Below, piece after piece: positions 1 through 14,567 of a stretch of 64,000 bases of DNA. Numbering within the stretch: position 1 is the stretch's first letter; each line of letters begins with the position of its first letter. The translations under genes and the position numbers were made by a program. The notes beneath the pieces are model-generated. The model saw nothing but the letters and a program-made list of their open reading frames with translations. It ran no database searches and was not told the DNA's origin. The stretch comes from Camelus dromedarius (Eukaryota), in assembly GCF_036321535.1 (NCBI RefSeq), contig NC_087447.1, positions 38,194,001 to 38,258,000 on the forward strand. The letters run 5' to 3'.

Positions 1-158
1 ATAATTTCTGGTATTTCTTAAGACCTCCATATGACCACTTGGTCAGTCACTTTCCTCCATGTACATTATATCCATCACAGGCTTTGAAGTTAGACAGACT
101 GGTTTTTATTTTCAGATCAGTAACTACCAGCTGTCTAATCCTGCAAGTTAAGCATCCT

Positions 159-795
159 GGAATACTACTGAGCCATAAAAAAGAATAAACTACTGCCATT
201 TGTGACATGGATGGATCTTGAAGACATTATGCTAAGTGAAGTAAGTCAGACAGATAAATACAAATACCTCAAAACCAAGCTCACAGATACAGAAAACAGA
301 CTGGTGGTTGCCAGAGATGGATGTGGGAGTGCACAAAATGGGTGAAGGAGGTCAAAAGGTACAAAGTTCCAGCTATAAAATGAAAGTCATGGGGATGCAA
401 TGTCCAGAATAATGACTATAGTTAATAATACTGTACTGCAGGGGGGAGGGTATAGCTCAGTGGGTAGAATACATGCCTAGCATGCACAAGGTCCTTGGTT
501 CAATCCCCAGTACCTCTATCAATAAAATAAACAAGTAAACCTAATTACTGCAAAAAAAAAAAAAAAAAACCTTAAAAAATAATAATACTGTACTGCATAT
601 TTGAACGTTGCTAAGAGTAAATCTTAAAAGTCCTCATCACAAGAAAAGGCAAATTTTGGGGTAACTATGATGGTGACAGATGTTAACTAAACTTACTGTA
701 GTGATCATTTTGCAGTATATACAAATATCGAATCATATGATGTCCATCTGAAACTAATATAATGTTATCTATCAGTTAAAACTCAATTTTAAAAA
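159..795 (+). mobile_element. L1 3' end (ORF2 tail plus 3' UTR, L1MA-like), interrupted by a SINE
   Basis: ggaatactac...gccataaaaaagaat...atgctaagtgaagtaagtcagacaga...gtggttgccagag, ending in an A-rich tail. Confidence 0.85.
441..579 (+). mobile_element. tRNA-derived SINE (Vic-1-like, long form)
   Basis: GGGGAGGGTATAGCTCAGTGG A-box, GGTTCAATCCC B-box, AAACCTAATTAC tail, poly-A; 18-bp TSD taataatactgtactgca at 423-440 and 580-597. Confidence 0.93.
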
Positions 796-1282
796 AACTA
801 CTGAATTATGTAGGGATGGATGTTTCCTCTTCACTGAATCTACTGTTTAGTGCACGTCTATGTCCTGATCCCATTTCCTTACCCTTCTGCTCGAGTCACT
901 ATATCTGCTTTGCTTTAACTTCTCTTGCTATTATCTTTAATTTTTTCTTTTTGTGGCATATATATATATATGTCTTCTTTCTATATAGCATATTTAGACA
1001 TGCATCTATCTTTGAAGTAGATACACACATATACAAAAAACTTGCCTGGAACTTGCTTTCCCCTCCAAAATACTGCTCTCTGACTTCACTATCACTTTCT
1101 TCAAAAAGTATACAACTGCCACTCCCCACTCCCAATTCACATGATCATTGATAATGACCTTTATCACCAAATCAAACTGCCTTCCCTACTACCTCAATGC
1201 ATCATTTAAAACAAAACACATCTTCCATCTTTAAATTGTATTCTCTTGACTTCCATGATTCTGTGCCTCCCAAGTTTTGTTA

Positions 1283-2390
1283 GGCCTGAACTTTAAACAA
1301 TTTATGGGAACCTCTTTAAGAAAAAAAGCAAAATTACAAATAAAAAATTAAGTGTAAAGGTGAATACCTGTCCAGGATGACGGTGAAAAAAAATCACATT
1401 ACAAGTATCACAAAAATCCAGTAAAATATCATAGTAATTCTAACAGTAAACTCCTTGGCACACTTGTAAAATACTTTTTCTATGTTTTACTTGCATATCT
1501 TTTATGATCACCTCTTCACATGACAATGATACATAAGATTCTCTATAAAGAGATTTAAAAAGCTTTCTAAAGACCAAATCATTATTCACATTTTAGAAAA
1601 TATTCTTTTAAGTTCACAAACTGTCATTGGCTATGTCATATAAAATTTTAGTATTGTTGTCAAATTTGGGGAAACTTTACCTTTGTTTCTTTCATTTATA
1701 AGCTACCAGATTCAGAAAAATTTTCCCCAGACTAGCTTCCGGCTCTGTGTATTTCAAATTGTGTTTTTCTTACCCTACCCACATACTTCTAGTGCCAGGT
1801 TCTGTAGGACATGTCCATATCATCTATGATCTCTGTTCTTGCATCTTTTTGTCATGATGCTGAGTCAACACAATGGGTAACAAGAGTACAGCTGACCCTT
1901 GAACAACCAGGGGGGTTAAGGGTCCCAACCCTCTACATAGGCAGTCCCTTCACATCTGTGGTTCCATGTCCATGGATTCAACCAACCTCAGACAATATAG
2001 TACTATAGTATTTCCTGTCAAAAAAAAAAATCCACATATGAGTAAATCCACACAGCTCAAACTTGTACTGTTCATGGGTCAATTGTATTCCCTGATGTCA
2101 TTCCTAAACCAGAACAGCTAGCAAAAACTTAACTATACTCTGAAGTGATAATGAATCACATAAATATATGATACCCAAACTAAATGAAACCCCAATTCAA
2201 CTTTCCCTTATAGGATCCCCAAAATGCCTACAGTCACTCCAGTGCTACATGCCATGAGAGTAAGTCAAGAATGGAAAGAGACAGAAGTCTTAAAATATTT
2301 AACATACTTTACTTTTGGAAACCCTATAGAAACGTGTGGCCATGTGAGCATCCTTCTCCCTGTCTTGGAGGAAATTTGCACAAGTGGTAA
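1283..2390. mobile_element. Old hAT (Tip100/Zaphod-like) DNA transposon remnant
   Basis: Recalled similarity at both ends (ctttaagaaaaaaagcaaaattacaaat...; gtggccatgtgagca...tgcacaagtg). Family assignment tentative. Confidence 0.4.
1889..2085. mobile_element. Tigger2-derived MITE (MER8-like)
   Basis: Terminal inverted repeats cagctgacccttgaaca / tgttcatgggtcaattg; TA duplications at 1887-1888 and 2086-2087. Confidence 0.85.
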
Positions 2391-4694
2391 ACCCCCCACA
2401 TCCTACCACTCTCTGTTTTCTTTACTGACTCCTCTTTAACATGCCAGCCACTAAGTGTAGTTACTTCTCATAATCCTCCGGAAAAGCCACACAATATAGG
2501 TACTTCACAAAGTCAATTTGTCTTTAATTTTTTAAAATTCTACCTACACTCCTTTTTTTCCCTCTCAGTCTTATCCATTTTCAAGCTTCAAATATGAACT
2601 TCTTAGCAAATAATCCTCCCTCTGGAATCTACTGACTAGACTATCAACTCTGTGAGAAAGGGAGATGCCAGTCCTGTAGCCTGCATGAACTCCAAAGCCT
2701 GAATTCCAAGGTGCATACAGGCCTTTCATGAAACATACTGAGTAACTTCAAAAGTTCATCTCTAGCCCCATCCTCATTTTAAGCTCCAAACCTTTGATCT
2801 TCGATTAACTGACTATTGGCCTTTTTCATGTAGACAACATCTGCCCACCTCAGAAAACACACACAAAATCCAACAGCCCCCTGGAGTACTCTCAACTTCA
2901 TTTTAATATGGTAACTTTTAAACTCTTAGTAAATAATTTTCAGAGTAACCTTTAAGAAAATTAAGGCATGATGAAATTATGGGCCTTGATCAAGAAGAAT
3001 ACAGATAATTCCATCTCTAATACATTAAATTTCTCCTTTATGTTTTATAGTTATGCAATGCTTTATATATACAGATGAGCATATAAAACATAAAATAGTG
3101 TTTTAATAATAAAAATAATAAGATACCATATACCTGCCACTCAAAGAAATAGAAAATGGCTACTACGTAATGCTTCTGCATGCCCTCCTCAATCTCACTC
3201 CCTCAAGGGAAATTTCCCTTTTAAAAACAACTCTTGTGGCTCATAAGCCATACAGACCTAATTATAAAAACTTATCTGGAAACACATTCAGTCCCCTACA
3301 CAAGGACACCGTATTAGAAATGCAAAGCCTACTACTTCTAGTTATCAAAGATACACAGATAAAATACACTTGAAAAAGAAAATAAATACAATAAATAAGA
3401 CTAAATACCAATAACAGATAACTAAATAACAGTAAACATGCCTGTATACGTATGTCTTAAAGTTTGTATACAGAATGTACTCAGACAATACAGAGTACGT
3501 ATTCAGTCATGTAGTCCTGCTCCGTGAAAGACTTCATTGTAAACACACTACTAAAACAAAAGAGTTCCCAAGCAAATAGGACAAACTGCTGACATAAGTG
3601 TAGCACTGACGTATCTGTCTATTTGCCTTCAGTTGCTAGGATTCAGTGTGTCCATTTTTCTCTAAGCTCTAAAACATGCAACTCTTTGATATTATTAAAA
3701 TTCCATAGTTAAACAAAAAATTGGCAGACTGCTTGACATATAAAAAATATTTCAAATTCAGATCTCTAATTTCTTGAAAACACATTTTCCCTATGGTCAA
3801 AAAACAAATCTTAGTGAAAATTTTAATTTCTTTACCAAAAATAGCAACAAAAATCTTTTTCAATAAAATGAAGTGAAAAGGGAAACAGAACGCTTTCTAG
3901 TTACCATCATATAAATAAAATTCTGAATGCAGCCTTTAAAGAAAATTATCTCCAATCTAGTCAGAAACTTTCTGAATCAGTGTAATAAAAAAGTACATAT
4001 TTTGCATTGCTCAAAAAAAGGAAATTATGTGGTGATTTGAATAAATTCCTCAATTACTCAGTTAGGATCCATTTCACGTTTAAAATTCTTACCTTAAGAT
4101 TACATGCTAATCAGTAAGACATTAAAAAATAAAATGAACTGTAATTCATCCATACTATCTATGAAAGAAGAGGCAACAAGAAATCTGTTTATTGGGCGAT
4201 AAAACAGAAACTGTGGCAAATCCAGAACTATTTTTTGTAGCTCCATAACTCTGATCCTACCTCAAATTACGGGTCAGTGAGAAAGTTCCCCAGGAACTTC
4301 CATCTGCTCTTGGTACAGTTCAGGTATGATGTATCAAATGGAATTAAATACCTTTGGTTGGCAACAAAACCAAACAAATTCCCAGGCAAACCTTCAGAAT
4401 TTCAGTATTTAACATTAAATGAGCACAGTGCCATTGTTTCTCTAACAGCATTTAACAATGTTGCTTCACATTCCCCACTGGCTTTCAAACCATTTAAATA
4501 TTTTTCAACTTTTATATTCTTTGGGATAAAACTTTCATATTCTATTTCAAGATTCAAATATTTCAAATCAATTCACTATAATTGATTTTAAGTTTACTAT
4601 AAATTTGTTATTTAAATAAACATTTGGGAAATCACAAATTAGTAATTTTTCTACCTATGCAAAGTTTTATATGGTCACTTCACTTTATCATTCT

Positions 4695-4872
4695 TTTAAA
4701 TTTAAGTATAGTTTGCAATGTTGTGTTAATTTCTGGTATACAGCATAGTGATTCAGTTTTTTTTATACACACACACACACACACTTTCTTTTTCATATTC
4801 TTTTTCATTATAGGCTATTACAAGGTATTGAATATAGTTCCCTGTGCTATACAGTAGGACCTGGTTGTTTAC
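4695..4872 (-). mobile_element. L1 extreme 3' UTR fragment
   Basis: Reverse complement resembles the 3' end of the L1 at about 38820-38980 (ctgtatagcacagggaactatattcaata...aatcactatgctgtataccagaaattaacacaacattg). Confidence 0.85.
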
Positions 4873-4894
4873 CGTCACTTCACTTTAAAAACAC

Positions 4895-5945
4895 TTTGGC
4901 ATTATTTAACAAAACCGAAGCACAGACATATCCTACCACCTTGCAAGCCCATCCAGGGTAAATACAGCAGAGGAAAAATACACATAAACCAAATGTACAC
5001 ACAGAATTGAAATTATATAAAGTAAGCTTTCTGATTATAACAAAATTAGAAATTAGACTAGAAATCAATACCAAAAAGATAACAGAAATACTCCAAACAC
5101 AGAAATTAAACAACTACTAAATAAGCTATAATTCAAAGAGCAAATTTAAAGGGAAATTAGAAAACAGTATGAACTGAATCAAAAATTAAAACACAACATA
5201 ATCAAAATTTATGGCATACAGATAGAGCAGTGCTTAAAGGGAAAGTTAAAACACTAAGTGCTTACGTTAGAAAAGAAAAAAAAAATCTAAATCAATAATC
5301 TAAGCTTCCAACTTAACAAACTAGAAAGAGAACAAAATAAGCCTAAGGCAAGCAGAAAAAAAGTAAGAATAATAAGATCAGACATCAATGAAAAAAATAA
5401 CAAAAAAACAATGGAGAAAATCAACAAATTGAATATACAGTTTAAAACTTTGCAAAGAGAAAATAGGAATTTCTAGTCCCAGATGATATCACTGGTAAAT
5501 TCTATCAAACATTTAAAGAATAAATTCATATACTAATTCTACACATTCTCTTCTGAAAATAGAAAAAGGAACACTTCCCAACTCATACTGGGAACACCAT
5601 TGCCCTGATACCAAAACCAGACAAAAAACTGTACAAAAAAAAAGCCTACAGACCTATATCCCTTATGAACACAGATGCAGAAATCCTCAAAATATTAACA
5701 AATCAAATCCAGCAGCATATAAGAACAATATACTACAACCAAATGAGACTTATCCCTGCGATGCAAAAACTGGTACAATATTCAAAAAACAACCAATGTA
5801 ATCCACCATATTAACAGTCTAAAGAAAAAAAAGACATACTAAATGATCATATCACTTGATGCAGAAAACGCATTTGACAACATTCAACTTTCAGCAAACT
5901 AAGAACAGAAGAGAACTTTCCCAACCTAATAAAGAGCATCTATGA
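4895..5945 (+). mobile_element. Degenerate L1 ORF2 fragment (endonuclease to RT region)
   Basis: L1 motifs gcagtgcttaaagggaaa, ccctgataccaaaaccagacaaa, gaacacagatgcagaaatcctcaa, gatgcagaaaacgcatttgacaa; many stops and frameshifts. Confidence 0.85.
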
Positions 5946-6224
5946 ATTCACTTAATAGACATTTATTAAGTGCTACATTAGTAACAGTGCTACAGTGCTA
6001 CCCACAGCACTGACGATAAGGAATGCAGAAGAGGGAAAGGACATTGCCCCAATGCTAAAGGAAATCAGCATCTAAAGAGGAAGGCAATCACATACCTAAC
6101 TAAAGGTACTTTAACAGTAGTGTATGTAAAAGATTACAAATATTTTAAAAAGGACCTTCTATCCAGGGGATCAAAGAGGGGTCAAGAGTGGGGAAAGAAA
6201 GTCCACTGAGAGAGTCCAAGCCAG

Positions 6225-6880
6225 TTCTCTTTCACTTGGACGACTGCAACAGCCACCCACCCATCTTTCTGCTTTCACTCTAGCTACTCTCTACCAATAG
6301 CCCACAAAAAAGTCAGAACAATCTTTTTAAAACATAAATTATATCATGAAATTTTCTCATGTCTTCCCATTAGAATGTAGTTAGAAAGAAACGCAAGTGT
6401 TAATGTGGTCTATAAGGCCCTATGTGATCCACACGCTTCTTATATCTCCTACCACTCTCCAACCATCCAGCTCTCTTTCCAGCCCCCAAGAATGCCAGGG
6501 TCTTTCCCACCACCAGGATTTGCCTTTGCTAGTCCTTTTGCCTGGAATGTTCTTCCCCCAGATCTTACATGACCAGCTCCTTCTCAACATTCATGTGTCA
6601 GTTAAAACATCTCTTCAGAGAGGCTTTTCCTGACCACCTTACCTGAAGCTCTCCCTCCACCACTCAGGACCAGTATTCTGTTTTACTTTCTTCATGCATC
6701 ACAGAACTTAGCTACCTGAAGTTATTTGACTGTACTTTTATTTTCTATTTACCTGTGACAGAATTTTTTTAAGGCTGCATTAGAGCAAAAACCATATGTG
6801 TCTTGTTCACAGTACTAATCACAGTATCTATAACAAAACCTGGCACATATGTATGTGCTAAATAAATACTGTTAAATAAA
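6225..6880 (+). mobile_element. L2 3' fragment
   Basis: tgcctggaatgttcttcccccagat...cagagaggcttttcctgaccacc...cctggcacatat...aataaatactgttaaataaa. Confidence 0.75.
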
Positions 6881-7374
6881 GATGACATTTAAGCTGGATT
6901 AAGGAGAAGTGAGTGGGGGCAGGAGGGATTGACCTTGTCAAGAGGAATAAACAGAGAAGGGGAAAAGGAAATTAACATGGCTTATCCAGTGCTTCAATTG
7001 CCACAGACTTGGAGAATAAAGTTACAGTTGGGAAGTATCCTGAAGATTTTATCTAGTTTTGTTGTGTTTTCATAGTGCATGAATACACTTTCAAACACCC
7101 CCAGTCTTCTCTTGAACACTTCCCCTGGCATGCAAATCATTATCTCATGAGCTAATCAGTTCTGATCCAAACAACTATAAGTGATCAAAAGATTTTCTCA
7201 TATTAATCAAAAGGCTGCCTATTTGTTATTTATACACATTAATCTCAGTTCTAACCTCAGAAATTCTCATGAAAATAGGAAGTTTAATCCCTATTTCATA
7301 TGGCAGGCTTTCAAATATTTGAAGACAACTGTATCTTCCTAAATGTAATTTTAAAAAAAGATAGTTAATGTTTC

Positions 7375-7595
7375 TTGACAATGCCTGCTGGGCTCTGGGC
7401 TAAGTACTTCATATGAATCACTCATTTCATCCTCGCAACAACACTATGATAAAATTACTATGATTATGCTATTTTACTAATGAGAAAACTGAGGCCTGGA
7501 TTAGGTAATGTGCCTAGGTCATGATGCTGGAAAGTGAATTCTGGAGCCAGAATACAAACACAGATAGTCCAACTCCAGAGCCTACATTCTTAACT
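7375..7595 (-). mobile_element. MIR SINE
   Basis: MIR core ctcatttcatcctcgcaacaacactatga...aatgagaaaactgaggc...taatgtgcctaggtca. Confidence 0.75.
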
Positions 7596-8017
7596 GTAAG
7601 CCTCACTCTCTAAATAACTCTTGCTCTTTCTATTATCTGCTCTGTGTCACTATGTACAGAACACTCAGCAATGCTAAGGCATAGAACTTGACCCAATATC
7701 CTATACCCAATGATGAAGGCCATACTGATTCTCATGCATTTATAAGAGCCATGATATACTGCTAGACTTAATAGTAAATAAGAAGAAAAGCAGTGTAAAA
7801 CTTAACATTTCTCTTCGCAAATATTATCCATCTTTCCATTTTTATGGCCTATTATTCCTCTTTGTTCACACACTCCAAACTGAAATACTTTCCATTTTCT
7901 GAGCAAACTTTTTATTTCATTATTCCTCTACCTCTGCTTACATGATTTTCTCTTCCTAAGTAGCTATTCCCCCATGTCTGCAGAGAATGGCATCATCTGT
8001 GTTTTTAAAAAGCCAGT

Positions 8018-8493
8018 TGTGCTGGGGTGTATTTCATTTGCCACTCTAGATCCATTCTCCAATTTTCTCCACTCTGTTCTGTGTTCTCAGAAGGCTGTAC
8101 TGAATAGACTGTATCAACAGTCTCCTTTGCCCTGTCTTTTGGGTGAATTTAGCCAATGGAGACAGGAAGAGAGTGAGCCTGGAGTAATGACTACCCCAGC
8201 TCTCAAGTAATGTCACCTCTAGTTAGTAATCTCCCTCTACCAGAAGCCAAAGCTTCTGTTCAAACAGACCTCCATGCAGCTAACCTCTAGGTCTTGACTA
8301 TAACCTCCTATCTCTGCCTTTATATGTCTAAGGGATATAATGGCTATTTATTGTTGCTCACCAGATACTTCGTCCTCCCATGTCGGTTTCCCTTAACTCT
8401 TCTCACACTTTTATAAACACCCCTACATTAAGCTCTCCCAAGTTGACCATTTGAGCATATCATCTATTTTCTGCCAGGATCCTCACTGACACA
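8018..8493 (+). mobile_element. ERVL-class solo LTR (LTR33-like)
   Basis: TG...CA ends; catttgccactctagatccattctcc...tttagccaatgg...ctgccaggatcctcactgacaca. Confidence 0.7.
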
Positions 8494-8744
8494 GCACCAC
8501 TCTTTCCCTAGGCCTTCCGTGTACTTTGAATATACCCTCTTTACAGCACTTATTTGTTTTCTTGTACTAGACTCCAAGTGTCTTGATGACAAAATATGTT
8601 TTATTCATCTTTGAATCTCCCAAATCATTAATTTCTTGCCTATAGCAAGCATTAAATGTTTCAAGAATAAATGGGGAAAAAAATAACTCTAAAAAAATCA
8701 AAAGGACAACACTTTATAAGAAAATGATATAAAACTCAAATTTC

Positions 8745-9000
8745 AGTCTCTATAAAGATCCAAAAACAGGCAAAACTAATCTATTAGGATAAAGGTCAGA
8801 ATGGTGGACATTTCTGGATGCAGACTATTAACTGGGAGAGAACATGAGAGAGCCAGCTAGGGTACTGGAAATGTTCCTTATTTTGATCTGAATGCTAAAT
8901 ATATGGGTATATACATCTGTAAAAATGTGCAGAGCTGTACATCTAACATTTGCTCACTTTATGGCACATACAGTATATCTCACAAAAAAAGAAAAGGAAA
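8745..9000 (+). mobile_element. Old L1 3' UTR (L1MC/ME-like)
   Basis: aaaacaggcaaaactaatctat...ggtactggaaatgttcc...ttttgatctg, ending A-rich. Confidence 0.65.
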
Positions 9001-12000
9001 AATAAATCTATATTTGGCTGCTCATGTTCAATCAATATGGCTAACACTTCATTTATCCAGAGATTGCTTATCAAAATAAGCAAAGAAGGTCTCTGCACAG
9101 TCAAAACAGATGTTTCAAAGTCCACAAACTTTATGCATGAGAAAGACCTTCAGGCTTTTTCTTCCTTATTTTTACAGCCAATTCCAATTAGCTTGGTTAA
9201 CTAGTTTCCTGACCTACTGTTGATAATCAGTAACAAACTGAGAAGATGCAGGGATGGGGGAGATGTTTGTTAAAGATTAATAACTAAGAAATAACAGCTA
9301 ACAGCAAGAAGCAAGCAAAATAACTACTAAAGAGTAGGTAAAAATTCAAGATAGTAAGAAGTTTGAGACCATTTAGTATATGGTAAGGAAACTTTATAAA
9401 CCACTTACGGCCTCATTGTACCATGGCACAATAAGAGAAACAGTATTTAAAACGACAAGCCCTACTCATCAGGGAAATAATATCTTCATCAAGATCTATT
9501 CAGTAAGCAGAAACAAGGGTAAACATGAGAAAGTCATGGCAAGAATACTTGCACTAAAATGGTATTACTTGTAAAAAGATAAACCTTCATTACCTGACAA
9601 AAATGTACTTTATTTCTAGTCTGCAACTAAGTGAATTTTTTTTTTTCAGATGATTCTTTGGGATTGGGGCTTAAAGCAATGGTATAAACTCACTATCAGG
9701 TAAATACAAGTGATATCACTAATAATTAATATCTGTAATGAAATTTTTGACGTGTAAGTTAAAATTACACTCAGAAGATTATTTAATTTAAAATAATCAC
9801 ATTTCTGGAGTTTGCTAGATAATTATGACTAACAATTTACTACCACCTTCTTCCTTGGCAAACTATAAAAATTAGCAGTTGTATTAAAAATGCAAAGTTC
9901 TCCCTAGAAAATTTTTTAACGTGAATCTAAGTATTGAAAGTGTTCATTTATCAACTCTGGTTAACTAAGAGCCATTCAAACACCAAGGAATTTTTAACCA
10001 AATCTTAAGCACTTTTTGGTAAGCCATATCTGAAAAAGTAACATCAAGGTAGTTTATAACACTACTGAACCATTACAGTATCACTTCAAATCATCATTGT
10101 ATCTCACCTTTTTTTTTAAGGTCCTGCATTAGTCGCCATTCTCCCAATTTTGAATATTCTTCTAAACTTCACCTATAAATGCTATCATTCACCTAAAGGG
10201 ATCTTCCCCTGCTAGGTTAGATTACTGCTGGGTTCTGTAATTTCAAGAACGTATTCTTTAGGCATCCTGTGCCTCGTGTTATCTTCAATGATGGAATTAT
10301 GAGCATTATACAGCAACTAGGAAAAAATGCCATGTTAAGCAATAAAAAGAACAGCATTTAATGCAATAATTCAATTCAATGAATTACTTGGTTCATTGCC
10401 AAGCATGAGGGATACATAAGTGAATAAGAAACTATCTCTGCATTTAAAGAACACAAAGAGGTTACAAAAGACCTATGAACACAAATATATTAAGTGTTAA
10501 GAGCAACAGTGGATGCACACCGAGAAGTGACTCAATTTTGTAGAGAGGAAAAAGAAATGAACAAAGGTAGAATCTAGCCTTAGTTTTAAAATTAAGTACA
10601 GTCCCTGCAACTACGTAGAAACTACAGTAGCAAAAACAAAGACATACAAACTTTAAAATATTTGTTGCGTAAATGGTGTCAGGATTAACAAGTGGCTTTT
10701 TCTGCTTTCATGTTGAAAGGCAATGCCTTTTCCTTAATCCTACAGTTTCTACAAGGAAGAATTTTCTCTAAACCTTCTGGCCTCTCTACCCCCTCACTAT
10801 TTTTCTCCTAGAAGGGAAATAGTGACTTACATGATTGGTAGTTTAGGCTAAAGAATTACATAAGCATAATTCTACCTGTTGCTTTTGCTTGTGGGAGCCC
10901 ATCTGCTACCTGGAAGCAGCTCCCCAGAGCTCCTCCATGGAAAGGCTCTCCTAGCAAAGGGAGGATGTTCCTGGCCCTGTCTGGCCTCTGACCAGGTATG
11001 TCTATTTAACTCCGGGCTTCCTTATTAGAAAGCAAAACTTCCTGCATATATAAGCCACATCCTCCAACATGAGCTTTATCAGGAATAAGGGTGGCATTCT
11101 GATCTCTCATCTGTCACTCTTTTCTCAGTTTGTTCAGAATTTGGGGAAGGAATGTGGGTGTTACTTACTGAGCCCCCTCAGACACTACAATATCACATCT
11201 TCTCATTTAAAATAAAATCTTTACTTTTATCTTATAATAAGCTCCTAGGTATAATAGCCGTACATGATTCTTCACCATGGCCCTCACAGCTCCCAGCAGA
11301 ACGTCCGCCTTAGTGATGTCTGCTGAGGGAATGAATTTCCAGATAGTAAAGCCAATTTTATATGGTGCTTAACTTACAACAAAAGCAAACTATAAAATGA
11401 CTTATAATAAATATTGGTGTTTACCAATGTATATGTAGTTATTTTCTCCCTAAGGAAAAATATTTCTCCATATATGTAAAAATTCACATCCATAATTACT
11501 TTTGTCGGCTTTAAAACTGTTACCACTCAACTAGTAGAAGGTCTTCAGGGAACTTTATCTAAAAAGTGGAACAAAGTGTTAAGTTGAAGAAGCAGTAAAG
11601 TGTGGTGCCTAAAGGTGACTGGAGTGGGAAAGAGGGTTAGAGGAGTCACTTTTTTACATACTGTTTCTCTTCCTTCTGTTCCCTCTTCTCTAGCCTCCCT
11701 CTTATCAGCCCTGGGGTGGGGCTGCGTAACTGTCAACATGCTTAGCAGACAGTGAACTATGGAGCAGGAATTATGAATGAGGGCATTTGTTTGAAGTTCC
11801 AGTGTATCTCCAACCCCAAAGTGACAAACTGGAACAGAAGTTTAAGGGACAGTAAGTTATGGTTGTGTTAGCCGACAAATTCTTCATCTGATAGACCAAA
11901 GGCTCTTAATCTTTAACTCTGAAACTTCAAAAGATAAGAAATCCCAATTACTTCTTTCAATAGCTTTTAGAATCATCACTTGCATCTTTTCTTTGTTGTT

Positions 12001-12234
12001 CTAATACTGAATAATTGCTGAATTTCCCCCATATAATCCCTTACACACAGCTTTTGTTTTTGTTTTTTTTTTAAACTCAATACAGGTTACAAGAAAAGTT
12101 TCGGGACAATAAAAAGGGATTGTTTAAAATATCTAAATTTCAGTTAACCTTACCATTGATTTTAGAGTAATTTGGTATTAAGTGCCAAGGCATACAAGGA
12201 TGAAAATTTTAGCTATTTATAACACCAACATTGC

Positions 12235-12450
12235 ATGACAACCTTGCCAGGTGCCGGACATTGTTTCAAGAACTTTATAGGCTATTAACTCATTTAATCC
12301 TCACAATAGCATCTCACATCAGTGAGACAGACGCTGTTTTTACCTCCTGTTTATACCTGGGGAAACTGAGGCACAGAGAAGTTAAACAACTTGCCCAATA
12401 TCCTATCAGTGGCAGAGATGCCGTTTAAACTCAAGCAGTCTGGCTTCACT
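12235..12450 (-). mobile_element. MIR SINE
   Basis: ctcatttaatcctcacaatagc...ggggaaactgaggcacagagaagttaaacaacttgccca...aactcaagcagtctggct. Confidence 0.85.
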
Positions 12451-13059
12451 ATGTGTAACACAGCTTACTGTTAACAAGAATACCAAAGACAGCAGGGAAC
12501 TGGGACCCATCTCCACCTAGAGTTCTTTCCTTCTCTCAAGGTCAACATGGAACTGTTATAAGAAATGACAATGAGAATAAATACAATGATAACCATTGTT
12601 AACTTCAAAATGTACTATGAGAAATACAAAACAGAAATGTTTGATCCTTTTTCTCAGGGAGTTGCATCCCATTTAGAGATAGCAAGCATGCACATGAGAA
12701 AACATAAATTAACCAATAAAAGCAAGCTCTTAGTCATTTCTCCCAAACACGGTCCTGTACCCATATTCCCTATGTTGGCTAACGAGACCACCAACCTTTC
12801 AGACACCCAGACTTGAAACATCTTCATACCTCTCTTTCTTCATATGAAAACATTCATACCCCTCTGGCTCTGCACTCCCACTATTCTCACAGCAGAGAGA
12901 AGATTCTCATGTCGTCTCACTATTCCAATTTTTCCTTCCAAGGTAAATGCTCCTTTTTTTTCCAGTTTTAGTTCAGGCTTGTTCTTCCCTCACAAATTAG
13001 GCACTGTTAGCAATGTTTCATAACATCAAGGCTACTTAATTTTACCTATATATTTATTA

Positions 13060-14030
13060 TTAGCATTCCTTCTTGATTTCAGTTCTTCCTTCTGCCTAAA
13101 GTATATGTACTTCTGCTGGTTAAAAAAAAAACTCTGTTTTTGCTGGTATGAAATGATTTTAATCTGCTTTCTAGAAAGATAATTTTGCTAGGCATTTGTT
13201 TTTAGTTTGACAGTTACTTTCCCTCACCACCATGCAGAACGACAGCCTACTGTCTTCTGGCTCTTACTCTCACTGTTAATAAGTCACCTTTCAGTATAAT
13301 GGGTGTTTGCTTTTTGGTAGGTAACTTTCTCTCTGCCTTCTTTTTTAGTACTTCTCTTTTGTGCGTCTGTTCTGAATTTTGCAATGATGTGTCTAAGGGT
13401 GGATTTCTTTCTATTTATTCTGCATGGGATTCAGTGGGCTTTCTGGATGTCAGTTGGTATTTTTCATCAGTTCTATAAAGTTCTATTTTACAGTCCTTAT
13501 CTCCTCAAATATTGCCTGTTCTCCCCTTTATTATCTCCTTTTGGAACTTCAGTTAAATTCATGTTAAACCTTTTTCTTTATTCTCCAACTTCTTCAATCT
13601 CTCTTTAAGTTCCATCTCTTCTCTCTGAAAAACATCATAGACAAAATTTTTGGTTCTATCTTCTGGTTTGCAGATTCTGTCTCTCAACTGTTATTTAATA
13701 TGTGCACCAGGTTTTAAGTTTGTGGCTATTTTTCATCTTTGGAAATTCTGTGTTTCAAATCTATACAATTATTCTTTTAATCCTCTGTTCCCCAGTCATT
13801 TTCCCATGCTTCTTATTTCATTTCTTTAAGCATATTAAAAATGTTTTAATATCTGATATATGATCACTGTAAGCTCTGAAGCCTTGTGGGTGTTTCTTTC
13901 GCTGTATACTTTTTTCTGAAGGTTCTTACTCGTAGTGCCTTACTTCCTTGTAAGTTTTGTGGATTTTTGGCCATGCACCGCTCAATTTCCTTGGAATTTT
14001 ATCTGTGGGAATTATCTGAGGCCTTAAAGA
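13060..14030 (-). mobile_element. Old L1 fragment (antisense, T-rich)
   Basis: gaaagataattttgctagg...tactgtcttctggct...atgatgtgtctaagggtggatttctttctatttattctgc, typical of antisense ancient L1. Confidence 0.6.
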
Positions 14031-14099
14031 ATTTGAATTTACTTCTAACAGTCACCTGGAACCACTTACATTTGTAAGCCCACATATGTAGCATTAGTT

Positions 14100-14545
14100 C
14101 AGATAAAAAACTACACTAGTACTCTATGATTCCAATTATATGACATTCTAGAAAAGGCACAATTATGGAGAAAGTAAAAACATTAGTGGCTGCCAAGAGC
14201 AGGGATAAAGTAAGAGATGAATATGCAGAACACAGAGGATTTTCAGGACAGTGAAAATACCTTGTATGTATTTTCCATAATGATGTGATACATGTCATTA
14301 TACATTTGTCTAAACCCATAGAATGTACAACACCAAGAGTGAAACTTAATGTAAACTAAGCCCTTTGGATGATTATGAGGTATCAATGTAGGTTCAACAA
14401 TCATAACAAATGTTTGGTGGAGGATGTTGATAATGGAACAGGCTATGGCCATGTGGGGGCAAACTGTACATGGGAAATCTGTACCTTACCCTCAGTTTTG
14501 CTATGAACTTTAAATTGCTCTTAAATAAGTCTTAATTTTTAAAAA
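14100..14545 (+). mobile_element. L1MC-like 3' UTR
   Basis: tatgattccaattatatgacattctagaaaaggca...acccatagaatgtacaacaccaagagtgaa...atgggaaatctgtac. Confidence 0.8.
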
Positions 14546-14567
14546 AATTTAATTAAATGAGGACCCT